A stretch of DNA of 64,000 nt from Pecten maximus (Eukaryota). The stretch spans positions 25,544,001 through 25,608,000 of the forward strand of contig NC_047021.1 of NCBI RefSeq assembly GCF_902652985.1, given 5' to 3'. Within the stretch, counting starts at the first letter, position 1. Every line of letters begins with the position of its first letter. The notes under the pieces were generated by a model. It made no database searches. It had not been told where the DNA came from and worked only from the letters and a program-made list of their open reading frames with translations. Both the position numbers and the translations under genes were made by a program. Positions 48,239 to 61,126 of the stretch are shown piece after piece.

Positions 48239-51208
48239 TCAATAAATGATATCGGACACAACCCACTGCTGTAGTTGAGTTGGAAGACCAGTGTTAGGAA
48301 CAGAATGTTTAAGTTCATCTTTAAACAACCTCCTCAGATAGATACGAGCCGTTTCTTTCAGTGTAAGAGGATTGGAGCAGCGATATCGGACATAATCCAT
48401 AAGTTCTGGTTGTTTCTCTTCCAACATCAGGAATGAACAAGCCATGAACGATCGGTCTTTGTGTAAACAGTAACCCTCTGAGAGTAGATATTTTATCATC
48501 TTGTAACTTCCCCTAGAACAGGCGATACTCAAGGCAGAGCTGTACCTATGTTTCTCCATTTCACAATCACAATTGACAAGTGTCCGAGCATGATTGACTC
48601 GTTCCTCCTGAACAGCTATGATGAAGGGCGTCTCTCCACAATTGTTGAATTTGTCAATTTCTGCTCCACTTTCTACAAGAAGTTTGATAATGCGAGGGGA
48701 AGATATTTGTACAGCATAATGCAGAGCAGACTCTCCCTCTGATGTAACTCTGAAACATAAAAAAATTTATCAATCTAAAAACAATTAAAATGACGAATTG
48801 ATCTGATGGTTTGGTATATATATATATATATTGCTGAATTAACAATAAATAGTATATATATATATATATATTGCTGAATTAACAATAAATAGACAATCTA
48901 TCTTTCAGTTGACTTTATATATTTTGGAACGGCACATTGAAATAAACAAAGTCTAATTTGATTGCATAACAAAAAATTGTTGACACAAACATGACTTTCA
49001 TACAAAATATCAGTGTTCTAACACTAATTTACATGTTAAAAGTGCATAGTAAACTCTGTAAAATTTCTTAACCAAATTTTTGATGGACAGGGGAGTGGTA
49101 AACTTGATGACATACACAATACTGTTGTGTACCAAGTAGAGGTGGAAGGATGTTCACACATAAGCGATTAACTGATCATTTAACATCAAATGTCATGATT
49201 CTCCATAGCAACAATATTTTCATGTGTTTTAATTAAATAATTTCACAGCCTATATAGTTTGCATCATAAAGACATCAATTTGTTGAAACATATCATTAAT
49301 ATGCAATTTCTTGGAAAGTTATATATTTTTAGGGATGACAGCAACTGAAAATGGAAATTTGAACATGCAGTCATCTATATTTATATGTAATCGTGTAATT
49401 GCATTGGAAGCCTTTCCAAGTATAAATGACAGTCAGTTGATATGTGTTTGACACCATTATCCCACCAATAATAGCAAAATTAAAACACAAAAATGTCTCA
49501 ACAGATATCACAGGGAACCGCCTTGTGCATCAGGGGAAGTAACTCCTGGTAGTATAATGTCCACAACATATGATATGCAATTTAATTACTTGTCAGGTGG
49601 GGCTCCTTTCTGTAGAAGTAAGTCAACCACGTTTGTTTGCTCGTGCAGGACAGCCAGGTGTAGTGGAGTGTGACCAGTTATGCGGTTGCCCTCATTGATA
49701 CCGATACCGTGATCTAAAAGTTCTAACACTGCCTCAGTGTTTCCATGTATCACTGCCTCGTGTATAGGTCGGTCCCCGTGTATGTTGGGCTGTGGATTAC
49801 AAAATTAAACAAGTGTGACTAAAAGACACATCACTCACATACCACCTTCATCAATTTGTTATAATTATATAACTAAACCTCTTTTGAAGAAAAATTCTTC
49901 ATTAAGAAAAATGTATACTATCTATCTGCCAAAATGTAATGAATATAAGGACCTCGGTAAGTTATTGACTTTATACAGGGAATAATGACATATTTGAATG
50001 TCAACAAATAACAGCCTAAAGTTTCATTCCAATATACAAGTACCTGGTAGCTATTTTGGTATTGTACAAATTTTTATAAATCAAATGTAATTATACCTTG
50101 TTTTTGTTGCAGCCTATCCTGATAAGGGTACGAATGAGTTCCCTGGTTCCTTTGGCACAAGCATAAAAGAAAGGAGTTTTTTCCTCCTTGTCTTTGTACT
50201 CAATATCAGCACCACAAGCTACAAGCTTCTCTATTAGGAGGGTAGATACACAACCTGCAACATTAACATGTTGTACATTTTACATTTTACATTTGTCTGG
50301 AAAATTAAACATTCAAGTTGCAAAGATGGACAAGTCCAATGGTTTGAATGTTCAGTTTCTCTTTTGGATTTCATTTTAATTAAAATATACTTGTTTCTAG
50401 GCCAGAGTTATAAAAATAAAAGCATCTCCTCATCAGTATATAAACATCCAACATTAAAGGAAATTAAATGTGATAGACTATATACATGATTCAGCATTAA
50501 TGAAAGTGTGAAATTTATGTCAATCTATTGAAAGGATAAAATTGAGTGACAATGAAAGTGAAAGTGAAGGTGGGATGTATCCGGGGTACATAATTTACAT
50601 ATGGCAGGTATGACACATGTTTGTCAATGTTAAAAGGTCTGGTCATCTATCACAGTTATGGCCCTGGATATCAATAAGCTGTTCAAACCTAGATATATAT
50701 TTGACTTTGAAGAGTAATTATACATTTGTATATTGATTTCAATCTTTTGTCCTAAAATCATGCTAAAAATTAAATGATTCTACGAAATGATGCTTTATCC
50801 AATCCATGAAACTGGAATTTAAAGTGTAAAGGTACATTCAAATTTTAGTAAATAACCATTGAAACAGATAAACACAACAATGATTTTGCCAACCCTCACA
50901 ATTGCTGATTAAAACAATTGTACAAATGTACAGAAACTGCAAACAGGGCATTCATGTTAATTCGGTTGAAAGATTTTGGCTTAAAAATATAGATACTGTA
51001 CATAAATATGTTATCAGTAAATCATGTACACATAACTTCACAGTAATTTAGCTAACAACTGACTTTGTTTACAAGCATAGAGTAGAGGAGTAAGTTTCCT
51101 AGAAGACACATAGTTGACATCACATCCCCGCATGACAGCAATCTGTGACAGCATTTCCACATCATTCTTCTTTATGGCCACCAGAATCTGTTTATTCATG
51201 CCCTCCAT
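48239..51208 (-). CDS. ankyrin repeat and SOCS box protein (ASB-like, ~337 aa)
   Basis: Coding exons 51208-51064, 50254-50097, 49789-49590, 48749-48239, GT-AG with matched phases. Ankyrin motifs TPLLYAC, TPFFYAC, RPIHEAV, TPLHLAV, SALHYAV, TPFIIAV; C-terminal SOCS box PLTLKETARIYLRR..GLPTQLQQWV. Probable non-coding first exon ends at 52222. Confidence 0.9.
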
Positions 51209-51679
51209 CTGTCATGGTGTAGCACTATGTACCTCACTGTCTTCATTCATCGGCTATCTATTAAAAAATTGTAATGGAAACATAATAATAATTCCTGGTA
51301 TTTGTATATGTAATAATGGCAAAATTACTATTTCAAGCTTTCATTTTGACATGATCATAGTGATGTTTAGGAAGAAGATTCTTGGAAGTTTTTACATACA
51401 TTTCACCACTGTGACCAAGGTCAAAGTCAATTGCATTCAGAAACTGTATATCACTCTAACCTACAGTTCAAATGTGATATCTGCTGGCAAAATATCTGGC
51501 ATATAGGGGTCTTCTGGAATTAAAGAAGATTCTTGAAGTTTTAACATATTAGACCCCTGTGACATTGATAAATTAATAAATATTTTTAAGTAAACTTTAT
51601 ATCCTGTGTTGAATTATGTATATCGCACCACAACCATCCAAAAAAGAACTTTCACGTCCCGTGTTCATGGAGAGCGGAC

Positions 51680-52012
51680 GTTACAGAGTATATAAGGTCG
51701 CCTTACTATCTCAGACTAGCGAGGAATTCCCTTTAGCCAAGCGGTAGGATGCTTGCTTTGAATTTGAAAGGTCGCTATTTCGAAGCCAGCGCAGGCAAGA
51801 TATTATTAATTACTCCTTCCTATACAGATTTTGGTGCCGTTGACCACTTCAAGTGAAAGCTATAGGAGATTCAGAGGCTTCCTTGAAGCTAAAGAACCTG
51901 GTTTGTGGTTGTCCTCGGGGCGAAGACTTTGTGAAGGAAAGAGTAGTGTAAAACAGGAGAGTATATAGTCACCTTATTAGCTCAGACTAGCGGGAATTTC
52001 CCTTTAGCCTAG
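51680..52012 (+). mobile_element. TRIM-like miniature LTR element with tRNA-like terminal repeat
   Basis: Direct repeats at 51685-51738 and 51959-52010; first repeat region ends ..TATACA (51826), then PBS-like TGGTGCCGTTGACC (51832-51845), ~100-bp internal part, purine tract (51933-51946) and TGT start of a truncated second repeat. Confidence 0.6.
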
Positions 52013-52221
52013 TCACATGTACATTTGTATTTGTTGACATGATTATGAAAAAAAATAGTATTTATAAGGCCAATGTATGATATATATTTATATATATTAC
52101 ATTAAGCATACAATCGTAATACAATAATTTACTCGTCTATAACGTAACATTTAAATTAAAAACATCATATGTGACATATGATCATGTCCACCAGGGACGT
52201 ATAATAAGAGTCCACAAATAC

Positions 52222-52560
52222 CTGTGAGCCTAGGATGCTTGCCTTGAGAGATTGGCAGTGGCATACGGAGTACAAAATGTATTTCATAAATCTATTACAC
52301 AAGGACCTACTCCGAGTAAACACCAGACAACTTTCAACATACATAACTCAGTATCCCAAAACGAGTCTTCTTATTGAATGTCATCGTCACAAATAAAAGA
52401 ATAATCGCGATATATCCCTGCTGGAAACTGTGGCTGTAAAGGTCACTCCCGGGAAAATGTCAACAGAGAGAACGTCATTGTCCAATAGACTCTTCAATCT
52501 GTAGACAGTAGAGCGCTATTGCGATGAAACTTTCAGATGATCTAGACAAGTTACAGCACA
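52222..52560. promoter_or_regulatory. putative bidirectional promoter region for ASB-like (-) and IDH3G (+)
   Basis: Minus-strand donor CAG|GTATTT at ~52221 is only ~340 bp from the IDH3G ATG. Confidence 0.5.
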
Positions 52561-55500
52561 ATGGCCGCGACCATGCATCGTCTGCGAGCTGGAAGGTTGT
52601 CAGGTCTTTTGAGTTCTTTCGTCAAGGATTCTCAGAGAGTAAGATTTATATGCTTACCTATTGACAGAAAAAGAATATATCTATCGTTTTGACTAATAAG
52701 AAGAACTACTTAGCTTTCCTTCCTTATATCATATGATAGTTTTGCGATGACATTGAATACAGTATAATTTTATCGTCACCAGTTTTGACGAACATCATTA
52801 TTCTCTAGACTATTATCTTTGTTACCTTTGTATGACGTCTGTAGTAATACTATTTATTCAAGTAAAGCATACACAGTACAATAGTATCACATATATGTTA
52901 TACAATATTTACATCATTTCATCATAGTACAGATGTTCTGTAATTAAATCAGCATTACTACCAGCTGAATATAACTACATTTTGTACTACATGCAGAGTG
53001 TCTTTTGAATCTAGCTGGCGTTAGATGTCATAGTTTTATCATTACTAAAGCAACCAAAAATACAAAATTCTCTCTTATGTACATACATTATATCCCAGTG
53101 CATGACACATAATCATCTATCCAGTGGATAATCCACTGACAGTGACAGTTAGTATAGTCATTGTCACAAAGAAGAAGAAGACATTTTGACTTATGTGCAT
53201 CAAAATGTCATTTTGATGATATGGTGCTAGGACCTGATGAAAGTCAGACTTCCTTTTTGTTCGGTTTGGTTTAGTATATTGTTTAATATGAATTAGGAGC
53301 TACCATCAGCCAAGGTCATTTAAGAACAGCCTCCCCTGTGTGTGAATGCATTCATGTGGTAGTTATAGCATGCATGTGTTTTGGGAATGCTACCGTACAC
53401 TATGTCTGTGTTTATCTTCTGGTGATAAGTCAGAAACTGATGCCAACATATATAGTGCTACGTACATCACTGAAGCATACTACTTAAAACACCCAGACAT
53501 ATATATATACCCCACCCGTTCACATTATACTGACAACAGGTGAACCAGCTGTCATCCCTGCACTCCCAAAAATGAGGAGCATTAAGCAGGAGAAGCAAGT
53601 ACAAACTATCATATTTATCAACATTGGTGTACATGTATGTCTCTGCCAGGGGACATAACCCAAATTTAAAGTCTTCCTCAAAATGCAAGCTCACAGGGGC
53701 GAATGCTTGACTAAAAGCCAAAAGTGATGAAGTGCAAAAGGAGGCAAAAGGATGAACAAAGTTGGTAGAAACAAGAGAAAAGTCAGATAATTAGATCCCA
53801 AATTTAGTTCCATGTTTCTTGCAATGGGTGCAGCAGGTAAAATTTCTATGCCCTAACTGCAGGGGAGGCTATCTTTTAGCTGGCCTACCAAACATTTCTC
53901 TAAAGTATTTAAGGCCTAATCATAAAACTGTAACCATGAACTGCATGCTGATTGAAGAAACACACAGGACAGGCATAAATATCTTAACAACAATAATGTA
54001 CATGTATATGATAATGGGTATATTTACATGTCATGTACATCCTGTTGTAGTGGAGTTTGCATGGTGCTGTGTTAGAAGTGAAAGCAACCCATCTGCAGCT
54101 TAATAGATTCTCTAGACTTACATATTTACATTTACTGACTAATATCTACCAGGATCAGCAGTATTAACAGTTGCCCAGAAAACCTTTGGTATCAGAAATT
54201 TAGTAGTCAATACAGATGGTAGTTGCTGACTTGCTACTCCTGCTTTGCACTCAGCATTTTTGGGAGAGGGATGACTGGCTGGTCCCTATGTCAGTATAAT
54301 GTGACTTGGTGGGGTGTCCTCCAGTATGCTTCAGTGAGGTTGCACTATAAAGTCAGCATCAGGTCAGGAGACAAACATGGATAACAACCATACAATGTAT
54401 GTCAGAAATTGTGATCATCCATCTGTCGTCCAGAGCTACGTTTTCGCAGTTATAAAGTGTGATTATACAGGTACATTGTACATGTACAAGATTGTAATCA
54501 AATTGACAGGTCTTTTGGCTACACAATATTCTTATGTTCATTTAGGTAATAGTGTACAAGTCAGTTTGGCTACACTTTATATAAAGCCTGATAATTGATG
54601 TGAGTTGGTCCCAACCTTGTCAACAATTAGAACTGATCTGCTACAGCATATCCAGGTGGTTTCTTCACCTGCTGCTTGAAAATGTAACTCTCTCTTTGTC
54701 AAACACTTTCAAATTATTCCAGTCAATGGCATGGTTGTGTTGTGTGGCATGATCTGTGATTGTCATGAAATTTGAAGATCGACTATTACTCCAGATCTCC
54801 CAGTTTCTTAATGAAACTAAATAATGTGTTGCTTGTACAACACTGTGCTACAATAAATTAAACTTAACTTTGTAAATGGAAGTCAAAGATGAAGGGATTT
54901 TTCGTGGGACTTGAGATGATTCTTACAGCTTATTATGATTCTTACAGCTTAATCTTTTAAAAATCAAGAGGTCATTCCTCATACTAAAAGTCCCATGCCA
55001 GTGATGTCACTTTGCACTGTTTTCAGCTTATAACCATTGATCATTTATTTAACTTTTTTAGGTTGTAAAACCTTGTGCTGCAGTTCAGACAAAGACATGT
55101 CACAAACGAGATTACACTGGTGAGGTAAGTTATCGGGATAAATTGCATCATGTTTCAGTTTAATAATTTAATATGAAAAAGGAATCTTATGTCACATATT
55201 TTATACTCATATGACAAATATGTACATATTGAGAGCATTTGAAGTGTAAACTTAAGAATAAAACCACTTTATGGTTGTCAGTGATGTATACAGCTTTAAA
55301 TACTAGATTTTCAGAATGAGCGAGAAATATGTATTTCAATATAAAAAAAAAAAATTAAACCTAATGATATTTTATTTCTTAACCATTGTAGAACCTGGCC
55401 AAATATGGAGGAAGAAATATGGTGACAGCTTTGACTGGAGATGGTGTTGGACCAGAGCTCCTTTCTCATGTCCAGGAGATATTCAGGTACTGCATCACTT

Positions 55501-58500
55501 GTATATGTTTAAATATGTATGTCAAGGAGATGTTCAGGTATTGTATGTTCATCAGTGGCATACATATAACTACCACGTATGCTTGCATGCAAAAACATCC
55601 AGATTTTTTTCTGAAAAAAAAAAAAAAAAATGAGTAAAAGTAAAAAAATGAGATAGAAAGACAGGGATAAAAGTCTATAAAGCATCCATATAATTTTCTA
55701 CTAACTAGCCACTGTTCACTAGTACCGTATTTGACATAATGTACAAACCATGTACAGGGAAAAGTTTCCATCTGAAATTTATGTGGCAAAAAATAACCAT
55801 TTCTTTTCATTTACATATATGTAGCAAAATTTTAATTTAATACACCCATCCTCTAAATCTTTTCTTGAAAAAAGATGAGGGTGCACTTAAAGGGGCAGAT
55901 GCGCTTATTAGGTCGAACACAGTATATGTTTAATAATTCAACATATTACCCTTATTATTTTTTTCATATAAAGAATGGAAGATTGTTCATGATCATATTA
56001 AATTAGAATCGTGTTACTCGTAAAAAAAAAAAATCAGATACAACTCACTTTATTACATTCTGAAGGAACTGTTATTTTAAGGGAATGCTGTATTTCAAAT
56101 AATTTTTGTTTTACTTTTCTCTAAAGGTATGCTGGAGCTCCAGTTGACTTTGAGCAAATAGAAATCAATGCAAGCTCATCCGATCCAGATTTCTTAAAGA
56201 AAGCTATGTTGTCAGTGCAGAGGAATGGAGTAGCCCTGAAAGGTGACAATGGATTTTACCTTTTCTGGTTAACGTTACCTTGTTCATACCAGCTCTATTT
56301 CCCTTTATATGGATCTAGATTAGCATTAGAAGTGTATCCTTTAACAAAAATTCCTCTAACTTGTTAAATACCAAATATTTACCCAGTTTTATTAATCCCA
56401 ATCTGGATATCATTGTGTTGAAATATACATGCTTTGCTGTAGAAGTTTATTATACAGGACGAGGTCTGTGACTTGAGTTCTAATGTATTTTTATGTAAAA
56501 GATATTTTCCTTACCAAAAATTAAAATAATATATTATACATGTTATATATATATAAAGCCATGTGCTCATAGATATTAATAAATTTGTTACCTGGCTATC
56601 ATTTAGGAATCGGTCAAGTGTACATTCTTTATATATTTTTCCTATGTCTAATAATATTACTTAATGATAAAATCAGACCATGTTTATAATGACAACAAAT
56701 ATCAATTTCATAGAACAACAATAATCATTCTGTCAAGTACTGAATTGTATTGGTTTGATTAACATTGCAGGGAACATTGAAACAAAATTTGATGACCCGA
56801 GTTTCAGGTCTATGAATGTTGATCTAAGGTGAGACAAATCATGCAAATATTTGGATAAAACTGATCCTAAATTGTTAATATTTAACATTTCTATTCTAAA
56901 GTTCAAAAAGTTTGGTTTGATTAGTATTGCTGAACATCCTATCAAGGTCATTTAAGGACGGATTCAAAAAGTATTTGTTCTGTAATTAGAAATGTGTAAA
57001 TATATACTTTTAAATTAATACATGTAGTGTAATCTATGTTATGTGCATTCTTATTTACATTGTAGTGGAAGGTAAGGTTGCAGTTTGTACATACGTATGT
57101 TACTATCTATCTAATGTAGACATTCTTTATTTTCTAATAAAGGGTACAGTTACAGCTGTTTGCCAGTGTTGTATGGTGCAGGTCTCTGCCTGGTGTACCC
57201 ACCAGACATAAGGATATAGACATAATACTCATCAGGGAAAACACAGAGGGGGAATACTCCAACCTGGAGCATGAGGTATGTATGCATATGTTAAATATTT
57301 TACAGTTGCGTAAAACAGCTAACCCAACACGCAGGTTCTTTCGATTGTTTGATTATTAAAAAAATATTAAAAATTATTAAAAAAAATTGTACCATCGAAA
57401 GAACCATCCTGTTGGGCTCGCTGTATTGTGCAATATTACTTGGATTTTTGGTGATACCTTTTGTATACATCTGTATCCATGGCTGGTTCACCTGGATTTC
57501 TACAATTCACTACCTTCCGGGAAGTTGTGTTTCCACATCCCCCCACACCCCCATACCCACTGTATTTATTTTACAATTATTACACTATAATCACTTTTAA
57601 GTTAGAATTTTGAAGTCAATGATATAATTTACAATCTACTATGTATATGAATGAATTATTTAATATTGCTATTGTGTTCTCATTAAGTTTTGAGACAGGT
57701 GGTCAATTTTATAAATAGCTTGATTAAAATGTATACATGGTTTAATATTAGCCTAATGATATATAGATTCTGTGAAAATAATTCAAAATTAAGGCATAGC
57801 ATGCTGTTATTCCTGGCAAGTTGGCAAAAGGCTTTTGATGAGAATATGACTGGGATTTAGAGGCGTTCAGTCTGCATCCATGAATTGTTTTAATTCATAG
57901 CACTAATTATTTCATGTTTTAGAATGTCCCCGGAGTTGTGGAAAGTTTAAAAATAATAACTGCAGAAAAATCCACAAGAATAGCCAAATATGCATTTGAT
58001 TATGCTCAACAGAAGGGAAGGAAGAAGGTGACAGCTATACACAAAGCCAATATAATGTAAGTTTTACTTGTAAGTGAACTATGAGGTGTATACTCAGTTA
58101 ACTCTTGTAAATAAGATACTTTTAGTAATTCATCTATGTTAACCATCTTCAAAGACATATGGATATTATTTTGACATTACAGTACTATACAAAACATTGG
58201 GTTAATATTACAGTCAAACCTGTCATATGTGACCTCCCAAGGGAGGCAATATAAAAAGTCACAAATGACAGGTTTAGGTGACTAGTAACAGTAAATAGCT
58301 GTGCAAAAGTTATGAGTAATTGAAATGATTTTGGAAACTTGTAAAAAATGTTTCAATATTAAAACATCTCTACAGTATGAATGTATGCTATGTCAAATGG
58401 ATCCCTCCTCCATGAGGGAAGCTAATTGTATGTTTTTTTGAGGAATAAAGTTATTTGAACATGAAAAAAAAGATATAGATAAGTTTCATTTTTTAAAGGT

Positions 58501-61126
58501 TATAATAAAATATACTGATGGATTTGGAATAATGACATAGGCGAATAGTTTTTCCATATTTTGTTGAATAATTTGTATTCATATTGTGTTGAACAGGAAG
58601 TTGGGTGATGGGCTGTTCCTAGAAAGTTGTCGCCAAGTTGCCTGTCTGTACCCTGATATTGAGTTCAATGACATGATTGTTGACAATGCCAGCATGCAGG
58701 TAATTATCTTATTTGATTGTTATTAATGGTTATAAAAACAAATGTATACATATATTTTGTAAGTAGAGATTCCCTATGAAAAGTCTCTTTCTCATAACAT
58801 TAGATATCACAGGCTTGTTGCTTTTTATGATAAACGTTGATGATGTCATTGTGATTGTTATTTAGTTCAAAGTAACTTGTGTATTTGTAGTAACAGCAAA
58901 CACCTGTTGTGCAGACTTCGCAAGCAAAAGTAGAAGAATGTCATGATTTTATTGTAAAAGACAAATCAAGCCAATTAATTAAAAACGAAGACAAAACAAA
59001 TATTGTTAAACAGTAGTTCAAATAATTGTGCTAAAATTCATTTCATAACTGGTAAAAGAATTTAAAAATTGTTTTTATTGATATCATTTATGCAGCAAGC
59101 TTTCAACAAGCTGACATGGATTGACAGTATCATATGACAGAAGATTAAATAAAGAAATTTGAAGAAAAGTGTTCTTTTTGTGCTGTTGTCAGAAATACAC
59201 TTAGCAGTTAATACCAGAGCATAGCAATTTGAATTCTATCTTTAGATGGTGTCCAGAGCATATCAGTTGTCACATGATTTGTATTTTATCTTTAGATGGT
59301 GTCCCGGCCCCAGCAGTTTGATGTGCTCTTGATGCCTAACCTATACGGAAACATCCTAAGTAACATCGCAGCAGGCTTGGTAGGCGGCCCTGGGGTTGTG
59401 CCTGGTGTCAATATTGGGCAGGATTTTGCTGTGTTTGAAATGGTAAGGTCAAGAAAGATCTGGTAAATGACATAGTCTTTAGCTAACCTTGTAGGAAGAA
59501 CAAGTAAGGGTTTTGTAGTATTGTGATATCTTTAATTTTCCATCAGAAAAAAAAAATTGAGTGACTTTTTCTTCTGAATTGCTTTATAAAACTTCATTGG
59601 GCCAAATAGGAATAGCTTGGCCAGATTTGCCCACTGGAGCAACTGATGGTTGATTGGTTTAACTTTATTCTTTTGGTCTGCAGTTCTAGTCAACGTTGCA
59701 TGTATGACTGGAACTCTCAATTCATTTACTAATATCATGCTATATTTTCAAGTAGCTTGCTTGAAACAGGTCCACCTTTACAAATAAATGATAATGCTTA
59801 AAACAATGAACATTCATCAAATAAAAACAATGTTCAGTTTAGGGATATTATATATTATGAACAATATATTTTGATCTACTGCAGGGCACAAGAAGTTCTG
59901 GCCGATCTCTGAAAGGCAAAAATGTAGCTAATCCAACTGGCATGCTGCTTGCAAGCTGCGATATGCTGGACTATTTAGGGTAAGGTGTTTATTTGTTCAT
60001 CAGTTTTTTATAAAAATAAATACATGTATATGCCATGCTGTTTTTTTGGCCAATCTTGGGTAATTTTCACACCATATGTCTTACTGATTTTAATAGATAC
60101 TCACTTTAGAACTAATTTCAGATTAAGATATCTTTGATACTTTTAAGTACATGACATTGTATTAAAATTGTCAAAATTGTATAGAATAACGATCAGATTC
60201 CATATTAATATGTTTTTAATGTAATATTAAAAATTATCTGTATGAGATTGAAATAAGTTTGCCATAGAATTTTATTTTGTTTTGTAATTAAAGTTTTTGT
60301 ATTGCAGACACCGTAAACATGCTGAAATGATAAGGGACTCTGTGATGACAGGTCATGAATGAAAATAAGGTAGTAAACTCGATTATATTAAGTTCCTTTT
60401 GCATTGACACACTCACAATACATTGCTTATATAAATAGATAACAACATAGAAATACCTGGTATTGCAATTAATAAGTGGCACCTATCACTATTATATAGC
60501 GAAAGTATCAAAAACACAATGCCTAAAAAATCTCCACAGCATCTGAAGAAATTATATTGATAACAATTACAGTTTTATGAAAAGATACTAATGCATTTTA
60601 GTTAAATATTTGTATTTGAAAAAAATAATGGGCTATAAACACCTAGATCAATTAAATTATTTTGGTTTCTGAATGTATAAAATAATGTAGTCGCATCTCT
60701 TTTTCGAGGAGTGTTCTGAGATTGAGTTCCAATGAGAGGCTGTCTGCCTGTCCAAAAGTATTGATGTTAAGAAATTGATTTTGATATTTGAAATTTCAGA
60801 GATAAACAATAGGATAATATTAATAAATTCTACATGGTTATGTTTTATATTCTATAGATATTAACAAATGATATATTGATTTTAATTACTAAAGAACATT
60901 ATCAAAATAAAAAGATTTGCAATTAAATAATCATGATTGATTTACAAAACATTGTGTAGACATGTTCATAATAATGTAAGATCATGTTCAAACGAAATTG
61001 AATATTGATAAACCTGTTTATTTTCCTTCGTAGGTCCACACACCAGATCTGGGAGGCCAGGCAACTACTCTGGACTTAGTGCACGCAGTCATTGATGATC
61101 TCAAACCTAAAACTCAGAGCTGGTAA
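52561..61126 (+). CDS. IDH3G: NAD-dependent isocitrate dehydrogenase subunit gamma, mitochondrial (~391 aa if the exon-11 frameshift is corrected)
   Basis: Exons 52561-52638, 55062-55124, 55392-55486, 56127-56242, 56771-56828, 57143-57275, 57923-58056, 58597-58699, 59296-59442, 59885-59979, 60308-60369, 61034-61126. Motifs [84 protein letters not shown]; Arg/Ser-rich presequence-like N-terminus. Confidence 0.93.
53261..53867 (-). mobile_element. diverged copy of the SINE at 2672-3203 (IDH3G intron 1)
   Basis: Collinear similarity including AAGGTCATTTAAG, TCACATTATACTGACAAC, TCACAGGGGCGAA and GCAGCAGGTA. Confidence 0.85.
54205..54365 (+). mobile_element. SINE central-domain fragment, opposite orientation
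   Basis: ATGGTAGTTGCTG..CTCAGCATTTTTGGGAG..GTCAGTATAATGTGAC..AGTATGCTTCAGTGAGGTTGCACTATAAA is the reverse complement of the SINE core. Confidence 0.75.
55723..55924. mobile_element. degenerate Tc1/mariner-like MITE
   Basis: TACCGTATTTGACATAAT / ATTAGGTCGAACACAGTA imperfect inverted termini. Confidence 0.45.
56912..56962 (-). mobile_element. 5'-truncated SINE tail with TSD
   Basis: TTGGTTTGATTAG..AAGGTCATTTAAGGACGG flanked by TTCAAAAAGT direct repeats (56902-56911, 56963-56972). Confidence 0.7.

Noticed and set aside
51728-51800. Functional tRNA gene
   Set aside because: Acceptor stem and cloverleaf cannot be formed convincingly; embedded in a repeat.
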